64,000 nucleotides of DNA from Nitrosopumilus sp. (GCA_965224195.1 OZ245040.1:96001-160000), one strand, 5' to 3'. Counted from the stretch's first letter, positions 20,198-31,592 are shown. The notes: generated by a model not told the origin, from the letters alone. Made by a program: numbers and translations.

Positions 20198-21003
20198 AAA
20201 CTTTAGCATTATTTACAATATTTGTATTAATTTTTGGAACTACATCTACATCATTTACTAATAATGCATATGCACAAAATAATCCTTACGTTCTAGTACG
20301 AATTGCTATACAAGCTGATAATCAAATCTTTAATCAATTAGATAGAATTTATGGTGATTCTATTCCATCTGATATTGATACATTATATCAAAAAGGTCAC
20401 ATTGCTGTAGAATCATTAGAAAGTTCTTTACCTAACGATGTAGAAGAAGCAAAAGAAAATTTCCTTATAGCAATGAAGGCCTTTAAACAAATTACAAGAA
20501 TAATTTCTGAACCTACATCTGAGGAAAAAAATGTTCCATATGATGTGTATGAGAGAGATCTTACAAGTGAATTAAACAGACTGGACAAATATTTTCAGAA
20601 TATAAAGAAAATATCTGAAAGACATGATACAGGAATTGATCTATCTGATGTTGAACGATTATTTACTCAAGCATATGAAGAGATAAATTCTAATGAAATT
20701 AAAGCAGCAACTCAAACAATTGAACAGTTAGAATCTCTTATAGAAATAATTAAACAAAATATTAGTGAACATGAATCTCATTCAACATCTGATAGAAGCA
20801 AGAATTTTGCTTTAAAGCAGTTAGACAAAATTAAAGCCACATTAGACAAAGCTGAATTTACTGATGTACCTGAACTTGAAGAAGCCAGTTCTTTGGTTCA
20901 AGAAATTGAAACTTTGATTTCTGAAGACAATATTTCTGATGCAAAGAAAAAATTTCCAGAATTGATTAAACTAGTTGAGATTATCAAAAAATCGATTAGT
21001 TAG
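20194..21003 (+). CDS. Secreted helical hypothetical protein
   Basis: Signal peptide, coupled to upstream gene. Confidence 0.7.
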   Translation: MKTLALFTIFVLIFGTTSTSFTNNAYAQNNPYVLVRIAIQADNQIFNQLDRIYGDSIPSDIDTLYQKGHIAVESLESSLPNDVEEAKENFLIAMKAFKQITRIISEPTSEEKNVPYDVYERDLTSELNRLDKYFQNIKKISERHDTGIDLSDVERLFTQAYEEINSNEIKAATQTIEQLESLIEIIKQNISEHESHSTSDRSKNFALKQLDKIKATLDKAEFTDVPELEEASSLVQEIETLISEDNISDAKKKFPELIKLVEIIKKSIS

Positions 21004-21043
21004 ATAGCATAAGCTTCATATACATTTTCTAAAGAATTTGAAT

Positions 21044-21238
21044 ATGGCATCAAAAGCAATTACAGTCGGCGTAGGTATTCCTATGATTATTGTAGGTGCT
21101 TTAATGGCATGGTTATGGGCTCCAATCGAGGGTGATCTTCAAAATCAAATAGAACTTGTGGGAAGTACAATTGGAATCTTAGGAGTGATATTTTTCATTG
21201 CTGGATTATTTTATACAAAAGAACCAGTAATGCATTAG
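21044..21238 (+). CDS. Small two-TM membrane protein
   Basis: Two hydrophobic helices. Confidence 0.7.
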   Translation: MASKAITVGVGIPMIIVGALMAWLWAPIEGDLQNQIELVGSTIGILGVIFFIAGLFYTKEPVMH

Positions 21239-21279
21239 AAACTCACTGAATAAATAATGAAAAAAATTACTAATATTAC

Positions 21280-21993
21280 TTGAAAGTTAGATTATTTGAA
21301 ATATTTACATCAGTTGAAGGCGAAGGAATTCTTTATGGAACAAAGACTCTTTTTGTAAGACTAGCAGGATGTCCGTTTACATGTTTTTATTGTGATACAA
21401 AAGAATCTCTTCCACTTGATTCTGGAACAGAATATTCTATTGAAGACGCTAACCAACTCATTGATTCAAATTTAAAAAATCAAACTTACAAAGTCAATTT
21501 TACAGGTGGTGATCCTCTAATCCAACATGAAGCAGTTGCATTACTTGCAAAACATATTCAAGACAAAAAAATTCCAACATATCTAGAATCATCTTGCTTT
21601 GATATTGATAGATTTAATCATGTATTACCATTTATTGATATTGTTAAAATCGAATTCAAAACAAAAGATTCTGATTTTGTTGATGTAAAACATTATGAAA
21701 AATTTATTGGCCACACGATGAAATGTCTTCAATCATCTGTAAAATCAAAGAAAATAACATATATCAAAGTTGTAGTTAGTTCAAAAACTAAGCCAGATGA
21801 ATTTACAAAACTAGTACAAGAAATTTTTGATAAAATATCTAAAGATGATATTGATGGTTTCATCATTCAACCTATATATGGAATTTCTGAACCTTCACTA
21901 GAACTTTTATTAGAATTATATGATTTGGTCTATCCTTATTACATTGATGTTAAGGTAGTTCCACAATTACACAAATTCATTGGTGCTCCATAA
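21280..21993 (+). CDS. queE: 7-carboxy-7-deazaguanine synthase (radical SAM)
   Basis: EIFTSVEGEG, FVRLAGCPFTCFYCDT, PQLHK. Confidence 0.93.
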   Translation: MKVRLFEIFTSVEGEGILYGTKTLFVRLAGCPFTCFYCDTKESLPLDSGTEYSIEDANQLIDSNLKNQTYKVNFTGGDPLIQHEAVALLAKHIQDKKIPTYLESSCFDIDRFNHVLPFIDIVKIEFKTKDSDFVDVKHYEKFIGHTMKCLQSSVKSKKITYIKVVVSSKTKPDEFTKLVQEIFDKISKDDIDGFIIQPIYGISEPSLELLLELYDLVYPYYIDVKVVPQLHKFIGAP

Positions 21994-22055
21994 CATACCA
22001 CCTGCCTAAAAATCAGATTAGGTTCAAATACTAGAAAAATTCTGTATGAATATCA

Positions 22056-22613
22056 ATGGATCAAGAACGTGTAAAAAAACTTGTTAGAGAATTAATTATT
22101 GAAGTTGGAGAAGATCCTACACGTGAAGGATTACGTGAAACTCCTGAAAGAATTGCAAATATGTACAAAGAAATTTTTGGTGGATATGATTCAGATTCAG
22201 AATTATCTGTTCAATTTTCAGAAGATTCTGATGTAGTAATTGCACGAGATATTCAATTTTATTCAATGTGTGAACACCACATGTTACCTTTTTACGGAAA
22301 AATTCACATTGCATATTCTCCAAATGGTAGAGTTTTTGGAATTTCAAAACTTGTTAGATTAGTAGAAAAATATTCAAAAAGGCTTCAAATTCAAGAACGC
22401 CTTACAAAAAATATCGCTGATGAATTACATTCTCAAGGAGTAAAAGGAGTTGTCGTTTTAGCAGATGCTGAGCATCTTTGTATGAAGATGCGTGGTGTGA
22501 AAAATGATGTAACACTTTCGTCCTCTGCATTTAGAGGAATTTATGAAAATAAAGAAGAAAAAACAGGCATAATGTCATTAATTCGAAATGGTGCTTCAGA
22601 TCTCTCCTTTTAA
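22056..22613 (+). CDS. folE: GTP cyclohydrolase I
   Basis: [26 protein letters not shown]. Confidence 0.96.
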   Translation: MDQERVKKLVRELIIEVGEDPTREGLRETPERIANMYKEIFGGYDSDSELSVQFSEDSDVVIARDIQFYSMCEHHMLPFYGKIHIAYSPNGRVFGISKLVRLVEKYSKRLQIQERLTKNIADELHSQGVKGVVVLADAEHLCMKMRGVKNDVTLSSSAFRGIYENKEEKTGIMSLIRNGASDLSF

Positions 22614-22656
22614 TGAATACTGAAAAATTAAATAATCAATATTTTTGATCAGAAAC

Positions 22657-22914
22657 ATGGGAGCAAATCCGTACATTCACATTCCAAAAGAATCATGGCC
22701 AAATTGGACATGGTATGCAATTGAATGTATTATTGTAATTGCAATCTCAATGTTAACTTCAAGTAAAATTACTGATTCAATTGAAAGTATTAGTGAACTT
22801 CCCGAAGTACAAAACTATGTGTTTATGGGAATTGTTGGTGTATTCTTTTTAATTTGGTATATTGTAATTAGAGGTTTAATTCTAAAAAAGAAAATTCTTA
22901 GAAATAGTTACTAA
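22657..22914 (+). CDS. Small membrane protein
   Basis: Two TM segments. Confidence 0.65.
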   Translation: MGANPYIHIPKESWPNWTWYAIECIIVIAISMLTSSKITDSIESISELPEVQNYVFMGIVGVFFLIWYIVIRGLILKKKILRNSY

Positions 22915-22916
22915 AT

Positions 22917-23591
22917 TTATTTGAGATATTTTGTTTTATCTGTAATTCCAGCTTTTTCAAATGCAATCTTTCTATTATTACAAGATTCACAGATTCCACA
23001 ATGATATTTTTTATTTGAATAACAACTCCATGTTTTGAAAATAGAATTTCCTAATACTTTCATTCCTGATTTTAGTAAATCACTTTTTGATAATCCCATT
23101 CTATACGGTGACCAAATTTCAATATTTTTTCGTAGTTTTGATTTGATTCCATCAATTTCACCTTGATTAAATGCACTTTCTAGCTTTTTTGCAAAATTTG
23201 GTCTACAATCCGGATAGTATTTGTCTCCAGTATGTGCACCATATACTACTAGAGATGCATTTAGTGTAAAAGCCCACGCTGATGCAATTGATAGAAAGAC
23301 TGCATTTCTGATTGGTACTACGATTGAATACTCAAATTTACTAGGAATTTTTCTTTTAGAACTTGTTAAAACATTAGAATTTCCATACAGGTCTTTCATA
23401 AAACCAATATCGATTATTTTGTGCTGTTTTAATCCTAATTTTTTTGCAAAAGCTTTAGCTGCAGCAATTTCACTATTAGCTTTTTGTCCATAAGAAAATG
23501 TAATACCATATAGTTCATATTTTGATTTCAAATATGAAACAGCACAAACAGAATCTACTCCTCCACTAAACACAATAACTGCTTTCTTCAT
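22917..23591 (-). CDS. queC: 7-cyano-7-deazaguanine synthase
   Basis: SGGVDS, VPIRN, YPDCR, TWSCY..CGICESC. Confidence 0.95.
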   Translation of the reverse strand: MKKAVIVFSGGVDSVCAVSYLKSKYELYGITFSYGQKANSEIAAAKAFAKKLGLKQHKIIDIGFMKDLYGNSNVLTSSKRKIPSKFEYSIVVPIRNAVFLSIASAWAFTLNASLVVYGAHTGDKYYPDCRPNFAKKLESAFNQGEIDGIKSKLRKNIEIWSPYRMGLSKSDLLKSGMKVLGNSIFKTWSCYSNKKYHCGICESCNNRKIAFEKAGITDKTKYLK

Positions 23592-23602
23592 AATTCATCT
23601 AA

Positions 23603-24526
23603 TTATTTTCTTTTGTCTGCTGCACCTTTACTTGATTTACAAATTACAGTTTTACATTTTGTATTTACAGATGTAAATCCTTTTGCCATGGATAAACTAA
23701 TTTTTTTCAAATCTGCTGAACTTTTTGAAAAAGCAATAACTGAAGGCCCTGCACCGCTAATAGTGACACCTAGGGCTCCTGCTTTGATAGCATTTTCTTT
23801 TACTTTAACAAACCCTGGAATCATATGTTGTCTTGCTGGTTCAACTATTACATCTTTAATTGAATTTCCAATGATTTCTGAATCTTTCTTCATAAATCCT
23901 GCAACAATTGTAGCAGCATTTGATAAATTCAAAATGCTATCAGATAGTTTATTTTTTTTTGGAATAACTTCTCTTGATACCTTTGTTTTCTTCTTTGGAA
24001 CACTAATTGTTGGAATTGCTACACACATTCTTAGATTAGTTGGAGGATCAATTTTAATCACATCTAAAGGATTTGTTTTTACAATTACAAATCCACCTAA
24101 CACAGAAGCTGCAACATTATCATAATGAACTGTACCTGCACTTGCTTTTTCTCCAGATCCTGCAAATTCTACCAAGGAATTTCCATTTAATTTTAATCCA
24201 AATAATTTATCAAATGCAACTGCTGTTGCAGCAGCTGATGCAGCACTACTTCCCATTCCGTATCCTGCAGGAATTCCTTTCTTGATTTTAATTTCTACAC
24301 CGCATTTAATTTCGAATTTTTTTATCATGTTTTTTACTACTAATCCTGCAGTATTTTTTTCAGGGTTTGTAGGAATATCATCATCTGTAATTATTTTAAT
24401 TCCGTTTTTTATTTTAGTCAGTGTGACTGTATCATAAAATGCATCTAGAGCTAATCCAAATACATCAAATCCTGGACCTAAATTTGCAGTTGATGAAGGT
24501 GCTTTGATTGTAACTTTTGATACCAA
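23603..24526 (-). CDS. thrB: Homoserine kinase
   Basis: APSSTANLGPGFD, GMGSSAAS, HYDNV, SGAGPS. Confidence 0.95.
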   Translation of the reverse strand: MVSKVTIKAPSSTANLGPGFDVFGLALDAFYDTVTLTKIKNGIKIITDDDIPTNPEKNTAGLVVKNMIKKFEIKCGVEIKIKKGIPAGYGMGSSAASAAATAVAFDKLFGLKLNGNSLVEFAGSGEKASAGTVHYDNVAASVLGGFVIVKTNPLDVIKIDPPTNLRMCVAIPTISVPKKKTKVSREVIPKKNKLSDSILNLSNAATIVAGFMKKDSEIIGNSIKDVIVEPARQHMIPGFVKVKENAIKAGALGVTISGAGPSVIAFSKSSADLKKISLSMAKGFTSVNTKCKTVICKSSKGAADKRK

Positions 24527-25285
24527 CTAATCTTCTACCTCCTCACCCAAATTAAGAATTCTGCTTAGGGCACCTTCAAGATTTACAAAACCATCACCTG
24601 TAAGATTGGATATTGGAATTAGTCCTTGGGCAAACCCTCCTAAATTCAATCCTCGTAAAATATTTGTAGTCAATGTATACGTATCACCATCAGTTTCATT
24701 CCCAATTGCATTTTCTAATGTTTTCAAATTTGTAGACCATTGTAAAATATTTTTTAATTTATCTCCAATAAGATCTGTTTTGGTTAGAACATTAATTGTT
24801 GGCAGATTCAAACGTAGTCTGATTGATGTTGCAAGTAATGCAATTGAAACAAAATTAACTGGCGAAGTAATAAGAGATCCATCAAAAAGAAAAATATTTG
24901 TTTTTTCTTCATTTGAAATATTATCTATTATGAAACGTCCACTAGAACGATATACAAATAATTCAATTTGACCTGGTGTATCTACAATTAGATAATCTGG
25001 ATTTACTTTATTTACATCATTTTGGATATCATCAATTTTTGATGCAATCAAATCATTTGCCATAACCATTGCACCATTTGGACCAAGTTCATATTGTTGC
25101 ATAATTGATACATAATCAACATAATCTCTAACATCAATATCACAAGTGTATGGCATACTATCTACACCTGGATCCAAATTTAAAATTGCAGCAAATGCTC
25201 CGTTTCTTGAATAATAATCCTGTAGTTTTGATGAGAGTAAAGATTTTCCAGAACCAGCAGTACCTGAAACAAAAATAGTTTTCAA
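24527..25285 (-). CDS. GPN-loop GTPase
   Basis: GTAGSGKS, NLDPG, LGPNGA, DTPGQIE. Confidence 0.93.
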   Translation of the reverse strand: MKTIFVSGTAGSGKSLLSSKLQDYYSRNGAFAAILNLDPGVDSMPYTCDIDVRDYVDYVSIMQQYELGPNGAMVMANDLIASKIDDIQNDVNKVNPDYLIVDTPGQIELFVYRSSGRFIIDNISNEEKTNIFLFDGSLITSPVNFVSIALLATSIRLRLNLPTINVLTKTDLIGDKLKNILQWSTNLKTLENAIGNETDGDTYTLTTNILRGLNLGGFAQGLIPISNLTGDGFVNLEGALSRILNLGEEVED

Positions 25286-25667
25286 TCCGTCTAATTTTCT
25301 TTATTTGCTTATATTTCAAACTAGCTTGACTTTGATATTATTATCACTAAAAATACCAAATTGGTATTCAAAAAGATGAAAAAATTCCACTTGATGTTTA
25401 TCAGATCAAATTTTATCTTATTTGTGAATCAAACTACTTTTGAAAAGGAAGTTCATCTCAAAGATTTAGTTGTTAAATTACTCAAATATAGAAATCTTTC
25501 AGACTATGATGAACTAAATTCATTGTTTGAAGAAATTAAACAAGCATTTCATATTACTACCAAAACCTCTGATTCTGTATAATTTCTGTGCCTAATTCTA
25601 GACCGCAATTATTCCTGACTAGAAATGTACTCAACTTTCATATTTGATTCCTCAAAAAAATCATCAA

Positions 25668-26684
25668 ATGAACTGGAGAATAATTGCTATTCCTATTACT
25701 TTAGTTCCTATTTTCGTAATCGCAATTCAATTTGATATTCAAATAGAAGACATTCTAGCAATTGGATTGCTTCCATTTATTGGTGCAATTGTTGCCATGA
25801 TGATAAAATTAGGACTTCAGGGAATCAAATTTGCATACATTACAAGAAAATATCTTGGAAATTTTGATTCATTTTTTAAATTAATCGGTGTTAGAGTTGG
25901 TAGTGAATTTATTAAATTTACAACCCCAATGTTTATTGGGGCAGAATTTGTTGTAATTTATTATTTAAAGAAAAAAGGAATAGAACTTTCAAAAGCTACA
26001 TGGATTGCACTCGTTGATATTGTAACTGAAGTTCTTGCAGCAGGACTGTTATCTATGTTGGCAGGAATAATTGCATTATTAAATGGAGCATACATAGTTG
26101 GAATAGTTATTTTAGCTACTAGTGTTTCTATAACCTCTTTATGGATGATTATGTTTTTCTTATCTTCTAAACATATATTCCAAGTTCCAAATGTTATACA
26201 AACTCTTGTTAAAAAATTAGGAAAAGAAAAAGGAACTAAAATCATTAATCAAACCAATTCTTGGATGGAAGAGACATGTACTATGATTAGAGAAAATATA
26301 CAAACTCCAGAATCTAAGAAAATTTTCACGATTTCATTTTTGTTTTCATTAGCTTCATGGGCATTTTATGGAATTTCATTTATGATTATTGCAATGGGAA
26401 CAGGTTTTGTTATCAATGCATTTGATTCTATTATGGCAGTAATGGGTGCAAATGCCATTGGGAATCTACCAATTACCATAGGTGGTTCTGGTTTAGCAGA
26501 ATTTGGAATTATAGCTTACATCAACAATTTAGATCCCTTTGCATTTAAAATTTCAGAAGGAGTTATAGCTTGGGATGCTGTAATTGGATGGAGAATCGCA
26601 ACATATTATGTTCCAATTGTAATTACATGGCTACTTTTAGTAAAATTAGCCTTGAGCAAGATACCAAAATCACAATCTTCATAG
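25668..26684 (+). CDS. Flippase-like (lysylphosphatidylglycerol synthase TM) membrane protein
   Basis: Multi-TM; TTPMFIGAE, LPITIGGSGLAE, WRIATYY. Confidence 0.8.
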   Translation: MNWRIIAIPITLVPIFVIAIQFDIQIEDILAIGLLPFIGAIVAMMIKLGLQGIKFAYITRKYLGNFDSFFKLIGVRVGSEFIKFTTPMFIGAEFVVIYYLKKKGIELSKATWIALVDIVTEVLAAGLLSMLAGIIALLNGAYIVGIVILATSVSITSLWMIMFFLSSKHIFQVPNVIQTLVKKLGKEKGTKIINQTNSWMEETCTMIRENIQTPESKKIFTISFLFSLASWAFYGISFMIIAMGTGFVINAFDSIMAVMGANAIGNLPITIGGSGLAEFGIIAYINNLDPFAFKISEGVIAWDAVIGWRIATYYVPIVITWLLLVKLALSKIPKSQSS

Positions 26685-26719
26685 AAACCACTTTATCTTT
26701 AATTGATTTTTTTTAATTT

Positions 26720-27520
26720 GTGGATTTTAAAAATAAAGTTGTTTTAATCACTGGTGCATCATCAGGAATTGGTAAAGATACTGCAATAGAATTTGCAAAA
26801 AAAGGTGCTAATCTTGTTTTAGTTTCAAGAACAAAAGAAAATCTTGAACGAGTTGCAGATGAATTAAAACAATTTAATGTATCTGTTTTAGTTTGCCAAT
26901 GCGATGTATCTAAAAAAGATCAAGTAAAAGAAATGTCAAAAATAGTTTTAGAAAAATTTGGTTCAATTAATATTCTAGTAAATAATGCTGGTTTTGCAAT
27001 TTATGGCTCTGTAACTGATCTTAGTATTTATGATATAGAATCACAAATGGAAACAAACTATTTTGGAATGATTTACTGCATCAAAAATTTCCTTCCATTA
27101 ATGTTGGATAAAAAATCAGGACATATTGTCAATGTGGCATCAGTAGCTGCAAGTTTTGGTTTACCTGGAATTACCCCATATTGTGCATCAAAATTTGCAA
27201 TGTTGGGATTTTCAGAGGGTCTTAAACATGAATTAAAAAATACTGGAGTTGGGGTTACTGTTGTTAGTCCTATAATGGTTAGAACTAATTTCTTTGATCA
27301 TCCTTCATTTGAAAAAATGCCAAAATTTTCTCTAACTTCACTTAGTTCAAAAACTGTAGCAAAAACAATCTTAAAAGCAGCAAATTCCCCTAGATTAGAA
27401 ATCATTGTACCATCTGTAGTACGAGGTGCAGTATGGTTGAAAAATACATTCCCATATCTTATCAATCCAATTTTAGGAAAAGCTTTCAAAAAACAATTAG
27501 ATTCTATGAAAAAAGATTAA
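26720..27520 (+). CDS. Short-chain dehydrogenase/reductase
   Basis: TGASSGIG, NNAG, YCASK. Confidence 0.93.
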   Translation: MDFKNKVVLITGASSGIGKDTAIEFAKKGANLVLVSRTKENLERVADELKQFNVSVLVCQCDVSKKDQVKEMSKIVLEKFGSINILVNNAGFAIYGSVTDLSIYDIESQMETNYFGMIYCIKNFLPLMLDKKSGHIVNVASVAASFGLPGITPYCASKFAMLGFSEGLKHELKNTGVGVTVVSPIMVRTNFFDHPSFEKMPKFSLTSLSSKTVAKTILKAANSPRLEIIVPSVVRGAVWLKNTFPYLINPILGKAFKKQLDSMKKD

Positions 27521-27522
27521 TT

Positions 27523-27924
27523 TTATTCTTCTAAATCTTCTTTTATAGATTCACTTGAGCCTACTTCTAAGAGTTCTAGAGATTTTAATTCAAATTAATA
27601 AATTGCTTTCATTTCTATTTCTATTTCTTTTTCTAGGAATTCTGATACTTTTTTACTTAATGGGGCTTTATGTTGATCAAAAATAAATTCATAAACTTCA
27701 CCTTTTAGTAAATCATCAATTTTGATGTCTTTTACAACATCCATAGTCACAATATGTCGTTCATCTTCTACTGCATCATACAATTGAACATCTACTTTAT
27801 TGTCATCATAATAGAATTCTAGAATATATCCTGATGATTTTATCTCTTTAGGTTTCTTAAATTTTGCATTTTGAATTTCATCAGTAACCCATTCTGGAAT
27901 TTCATCTTCTTTCTTTTTTACCAT
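27523..27924 (-). CDS. Hypothetical protein with probable premature stop at 27595-27597
   Basis: Frame continues past TAA as FELKSLELLEVGSSESIKEDLEE*. Confidence 0.6.
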
Positions 27925-27935
27925 GATAAACTTCT

Positions 27936-28250
27936 CTAATTTTCTGCTTTTTCTTTTTTACTTTTTGACCACCATTCTAGATAGTCATCATGTTTGTCAT
28001 CCCGTGTTCTTTCTCTTTGATTTAACTTGAATCTAATATCTGAAACTTCTTCTCTTGTTGCGTATAATCCACATCGTTTACAAATGAAATGTCTTCTATT
28101 TTTTTCATCCATTTTCATTGGAATGTCAATTTCATCAAATAATTTGAATAATGCATCTCTGCTTCTGTCTTCCTCTTCTGGGAAATCCTCCACATACTTT
28201 GTTTCTATTTTCTTTTTCTCTCGTGATGTACATTCAGGACAATTAGGCAC
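27936..28250 (-). CDS. Small zinc-finger protein
   Basis: CPEC...CKRC. Confidence 0.75.
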   Translation of the reverse strand: MPNCPECTSREKKKIETKYVEDFPEEEDRSRDALFKLFDEIDIPMKMDEKNRRHFICKRCGLYATREEVSDIRFKLNQRERTRDDKHDDYLEWWSKSKKEKAEN

Positions 28251-28310
28251 TGTTGATTTGGCTTAATTTTTTCCATAAAAGCGTTCCCACAATCTCTATT
28301 GATCGATACT

Positions 28311-28378
28311 ATCTGACACGCGGATTTTTTCATCATCCCTTGCGGTCCGTTCGCCCATCGAAATCCCGCGTGCCAGAT
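28311..28378 (-). ncRNA. Candidate structured ncRNA / GC-rich hairpin
   Basis: 13-bp stem ATCTGGCACGCGG/CCGCGTGTCAGAT (G-U pair only on minus strand), internal CC-GCAA-GG and ATGATGA. Confidence 0.45.
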
Positions 28379-28402
28379 GAGAAAAATCATCAAAATAATC
28401 TA

Positions 28403-29638
28403 TTATCTCTTTTCTTCTAATATTTGGGCAGCAATTTTTGCTGAATTATCTGCCCCACTAGGAACAAAATTCTTTGAAAACTCATTCAAACTATCTTGAA
28501 ATTCATCATAATTTTCTTTTATTTTGGATATGCCTTTAGTTACTTGGTTTGTTTTAATCGCCAACACGCCTAGGTTTTTTTCTTCAGCCCATCTGATGTT
28601 GTTTGTATGTTCATCATAAATTGGAATTCCAATTATTGGTTTTGACTTTCCTCCCATAATTTCGCCCATTACAGTATGAGAACCATTCACCACAGCATAT
28701 TTACACAAATTTAGAATTGTGTCTTTTTCTTGTTCAGAAAGAAAACCAATATCAATTTGTAACCAATCAATTTTTTTATCTAAAGCTTCTTTTACAGAAT
28801 ATTTTCTTCCATTTTCTCCTAATACTGTATTTATATTAGAATCATTTCTTGCATGTGAGATTATTCTTTTTTCTTTTTTCATTTCATTTTGATGAAATAC
28901 TTCTTCATATCTTTGACCAGTTCCATCATTAGTTGATTTGTTTCCTGTTCGCATCCAATAACCAAATTCATTGTCTTGTACTAATTTCTCAAGATCTGAT
29001 ATATCTTCTTTTTTGATTTGTTTGCTATTTGTGAAATGTCCCACATAAACAATTTTTTCTTCTACTTCTTTGATAAAATTTAGATTATATTCACACATTG
29101 TATATGGGGGTGGTGAATCTGCTACAAGAATCTTTGATGCTTTACCAATTTGTTTTGCAATAAAAATTAATGATGGATAAAGATATGATCTTGAATTGTA
29201 TAGTTTCGGTCTAAATTGATTTGTTACAAATAAACTAGGTATGTTTCTATTTTTTGCCAGAATATTTGAACCCATGTCACCATCGTTAATCACAAGATCA
29301 AATTTTTCTTTATTGTATAGTTTTCTTTCTTCTCTCAAATAATTTGTAATTTGTCTAACTAGTGGCGGGTTTTTTGAAATCGGTAATAATAAATTCATTA
29401 ATGATTTTGAAACACTAGGACCAAACTTTCCATCAATTGGAGTTGGCATCAAAATTTCATGAATTTTTTCTTTTTGGTCAGGGAATTTTTTTAATAATTT
29501 TTCATAAACATGATCTTTGCTGGAAAAATGAACCTCAAATTTTTCTTTGATATGTTCTCCTAGAACATCATTTAGTCTCATCATTCGGGAATAATGACCA
29601 CTTCCCCATGGATAGATGAATTCTCCTATTTTGAGCAC
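28403..29638 (-). CDS. GT-B glycosyltransferase (GT28-like)
   Basis: GSGHYSR, DLVINDGD, NGSHTVMGE..EH. Confidence 0.8.
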   Translation of the reverse strand: MLKIGEFIYPWGSGHYSRMMRLNDVLGEHIKEKFEVHFSSKDHVYEKLLKKFPDQKEKIHEILMPTPIDGKFGPSVSKSLMNLLLPISKNPPLVRQITNYLREERKLYNKEKFDLVINDGDMGSNILAKNRNIPSLFVTNQFRPKLYNSRSYLYPSLIFIAKQIGKASKILVADSPPPYTMCEYNLNFIKEVEEKIVYVGHFTNSKQIKKEDISDLEKLVQDNEFGYWMRTGNKSTNDGTGQRYEEVFHQNEMKKEKRIISHARNDSNINTVLGENGRKYSVKEALDKKIDWLQIDIGFLSEQEKDTILNLCKYAVVNGSHTVMGEIMGGKSKPIIGIPIYDEHTNNIRWAEEKNLGVLAIKTNQVTKGISKIKENYDEFQDSLNEFSKNFVPSGADNSAKIAAQILEEKR

Positions 29639-29668
29639 AATATCAAACCAAATATGCTGTTTAAATTT

Positions 29669-30781
29669 TCAATGATTTTCAAGAGAATCTAAAATATCAT
29701 GAACATTGTTGGGACCTATCTGAATATTGATAACTTTTTTTGATTTTAGTGCAGATTCAACTTCTTTTTTTGAAAAAGAAGGAATTTCATTAGTAGAGAT
29801 TGTGACCATTTTTTCTAATTTTTTGATATTTCTTTCAAGGCCTATCTCTTTAGCTTCAATAAACAAGTTAGAATCAACTCCAGTAAGTGGTAAAATTGGA
29901 ATTTTCTTTTTTCCAAATACTATCTTTAATGAATTATCAATAAAGTTTGATGAATAAATTAATGGAGATAATGCTAATGACACACGATTGTTAGAATATT
30001 GTAATAATATTTCTAATATTGAATTTACATAAATCAAATAATTTTTAATTCCATTTGGACTGATTTTAAGTTGTAAAAATTCAAGCTCAATTTTATCTTG
30101 CACTAATCGTGGAATAATTTGATTAATAATTTTTGCAAGATTCATCAATTCAGATTTTTGTCTATAACAAACTAGTATCTTTACATCATAACCCTGTTTG
30201 ATTGTCTCAAAGCAAGAAACTGCTGAAATTTCATCATATACTGCACATATTGTTTTTTGATTTTGTGATTGATATGGTATACCACCTTTACCATTATCTG
30301 AAAATATACAGATGTATGCATTATTTTTTGTGAGATATGTATACAATAATTTATCATAATTTTCATCTGTTCCTGGATATGCTCCCAGTTTTACTTTTTT
30401 TTCAATTATGTTTGATGTTGCTGCAATTTCTACATCTTTAACTACAAATCCTTTTGAAATCCCTTCTACTTTTACAAGAAATTTTTCTCCTTTTAATAGT
30501 AAATTACCACCAATAGATGTAATTTCAGAAATAATATTTTGAAAATCATTTTTAATTTTTCTTGCTATGGCTATTTTTTCAATTCCAAAAAGTAGATTTA
30601 TTGCAGACGATGCAAATACAGGATCATTTGCATCAACAAGAATTACGTCCCCATCACGCTTAACAGACTTGAATTCCTGATTTTTCATTTTAAGAATTTT
30701 TTTAATATTTGAAATTAGTTGTGGAATTTTATTTTTTGAAAATATGGTTGGGAAAATTACAACATATGATATTTCATCCAT
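29669..30781 (-). CDS. ThiI-like THUMP-domain protein (divergent)
   Basis: FGIEKIAIA, FLVKVEG, GKGGIP; canonical SGGxDS not seen. Confidence 0.65.
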   Translation of the reverse strand: MDEISYVVIFPTIFSKNKIPQLISNIKKILKMKNQEFKSVKRDGDVILVDANDPVFASSAINLLFGIEKIAIARKIKNDFQNIISEITSIGGNLLLKGEKFLVKVEGISKGFVVKDVEIAATSNIIEKKVKLGAYPGTDENYDKLLYTYLTKNNAYICIFSDNGKGGIPYQSQNQKTICAVYDEISAVSCFETIKQGYDVKILVCYRQKSELMNLAKIINQIIPRLVQDKIELEFLQLKISPNGIKNYLIYVNSILEILLQYSNNRVSLALSPLIYSSNFIDNSLKIVFGKKKIPILPLTGVDSNLFIEAKEIGLERNIKKLEKMVTISTNEIPSFSKKEVESALKSKKVINIQIGPNNVHDILDSLENH

Positions 30782-30865
30782 ATTTTCTATTTTGAATTCC
30801 ACTTGTTTATAATTTAGGATAATAATTCGGGCAATCAATATAAAACAAATAATCTAAGTGAAAAT

Positions 30866-31579
30866 GTGACAAAATTTACACAAGAACAAGTAGATGAACT
30901 AAATTCAAAAATTAAAACTGCACAAGATGCATTAGAGTGGGTTTCTGAAAATCTTCATCCAAAAGTCGCAAAGGCATCAAGCTTTGGAGCTGAAGATGCA
31001 GTAGTTATGGATATCATGCTAAAAATTAATCCTAAATTTCGATTCTTCACTCTTGATACAGGACGATTACCACAAGAAACCTATGATATTATAGATATTG
31101 TTAGTAAAAAATACAATATTTCTATTGAAGTATTATTTCCAGATACAAAAGAAGTTGAAGACATGGTTCGTGATAAAGGAATGAATTTATTTTATGAAAG
31201 TATTGAAAACAGAAAACTCTGTTGTGAAATTCGTAAGGTTCATCCAATAAATAAAATGTTAAGCACTTTGGATGGTTGGATTACTGGATTAAGACGTGAT
31301 CAAACCACAAACAGAACTAATGTGACAATATTTCAACTAGATCATGGACATGGAGGAATCTTAAAAATAAACCCAATAGTTGATTGGACTTGGGATCAGA
31401 TTCAGGAATATATTAAAAATAATAATTTACCATACAACAGCCTGCTTGACAAAGGATTTTCAAGTATTGGTTGTGAGCCATGTACTAGAGCAATTAAACC
31501 TGGAGAAGATATTCGAGCAGGAAGATGGTGGTGGGAACAAGAAGGAAATAAAGAGTGTGGCCTTCATATAGACCCTTGA
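30866..31579 (+). CDS. cysH: APS/PAPS reductase
   Basis: [31 protein letters not shown] (Fe-S Cys present, so APS-reductase type). Confidence 0.95.
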   Translation: MTKFTQEQVDELNSKIKTAQDALEWVSENLHPKVAKASSFGAEDAVVMDIMLKINPKFRFFTLDTGRLPQETYDIIDIVSKKYNISIEVLFPDTKEVEDMVRDKGMNLFYESIENRKLCCEIRKVHPINKMLSTLDGWITGLRRDQTTNRTNVTIFQLDHGHGGILKINPIVDWTWDQIQEYIKNNNLPYNSLLDKGFSSIGCEPCTRAIKPGEDIRAGRWWWEQEGNKECGLHIDP

Positions 31580-31592
31580 TAGATGGTTTATC

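Noticed and set aside
21280-23591. queE/folE/queC as a Dpd DNA-modification defence cluster
   Set aside because: No dpdA-like gene seen; housekeeping context fits archaeosine precursor synthesis
28205-28393. 62-aa ORF over the GC-rich hairpin
   Set aside because: No recognisable protein features and overlaps the next gene; structure is better explained as RNA
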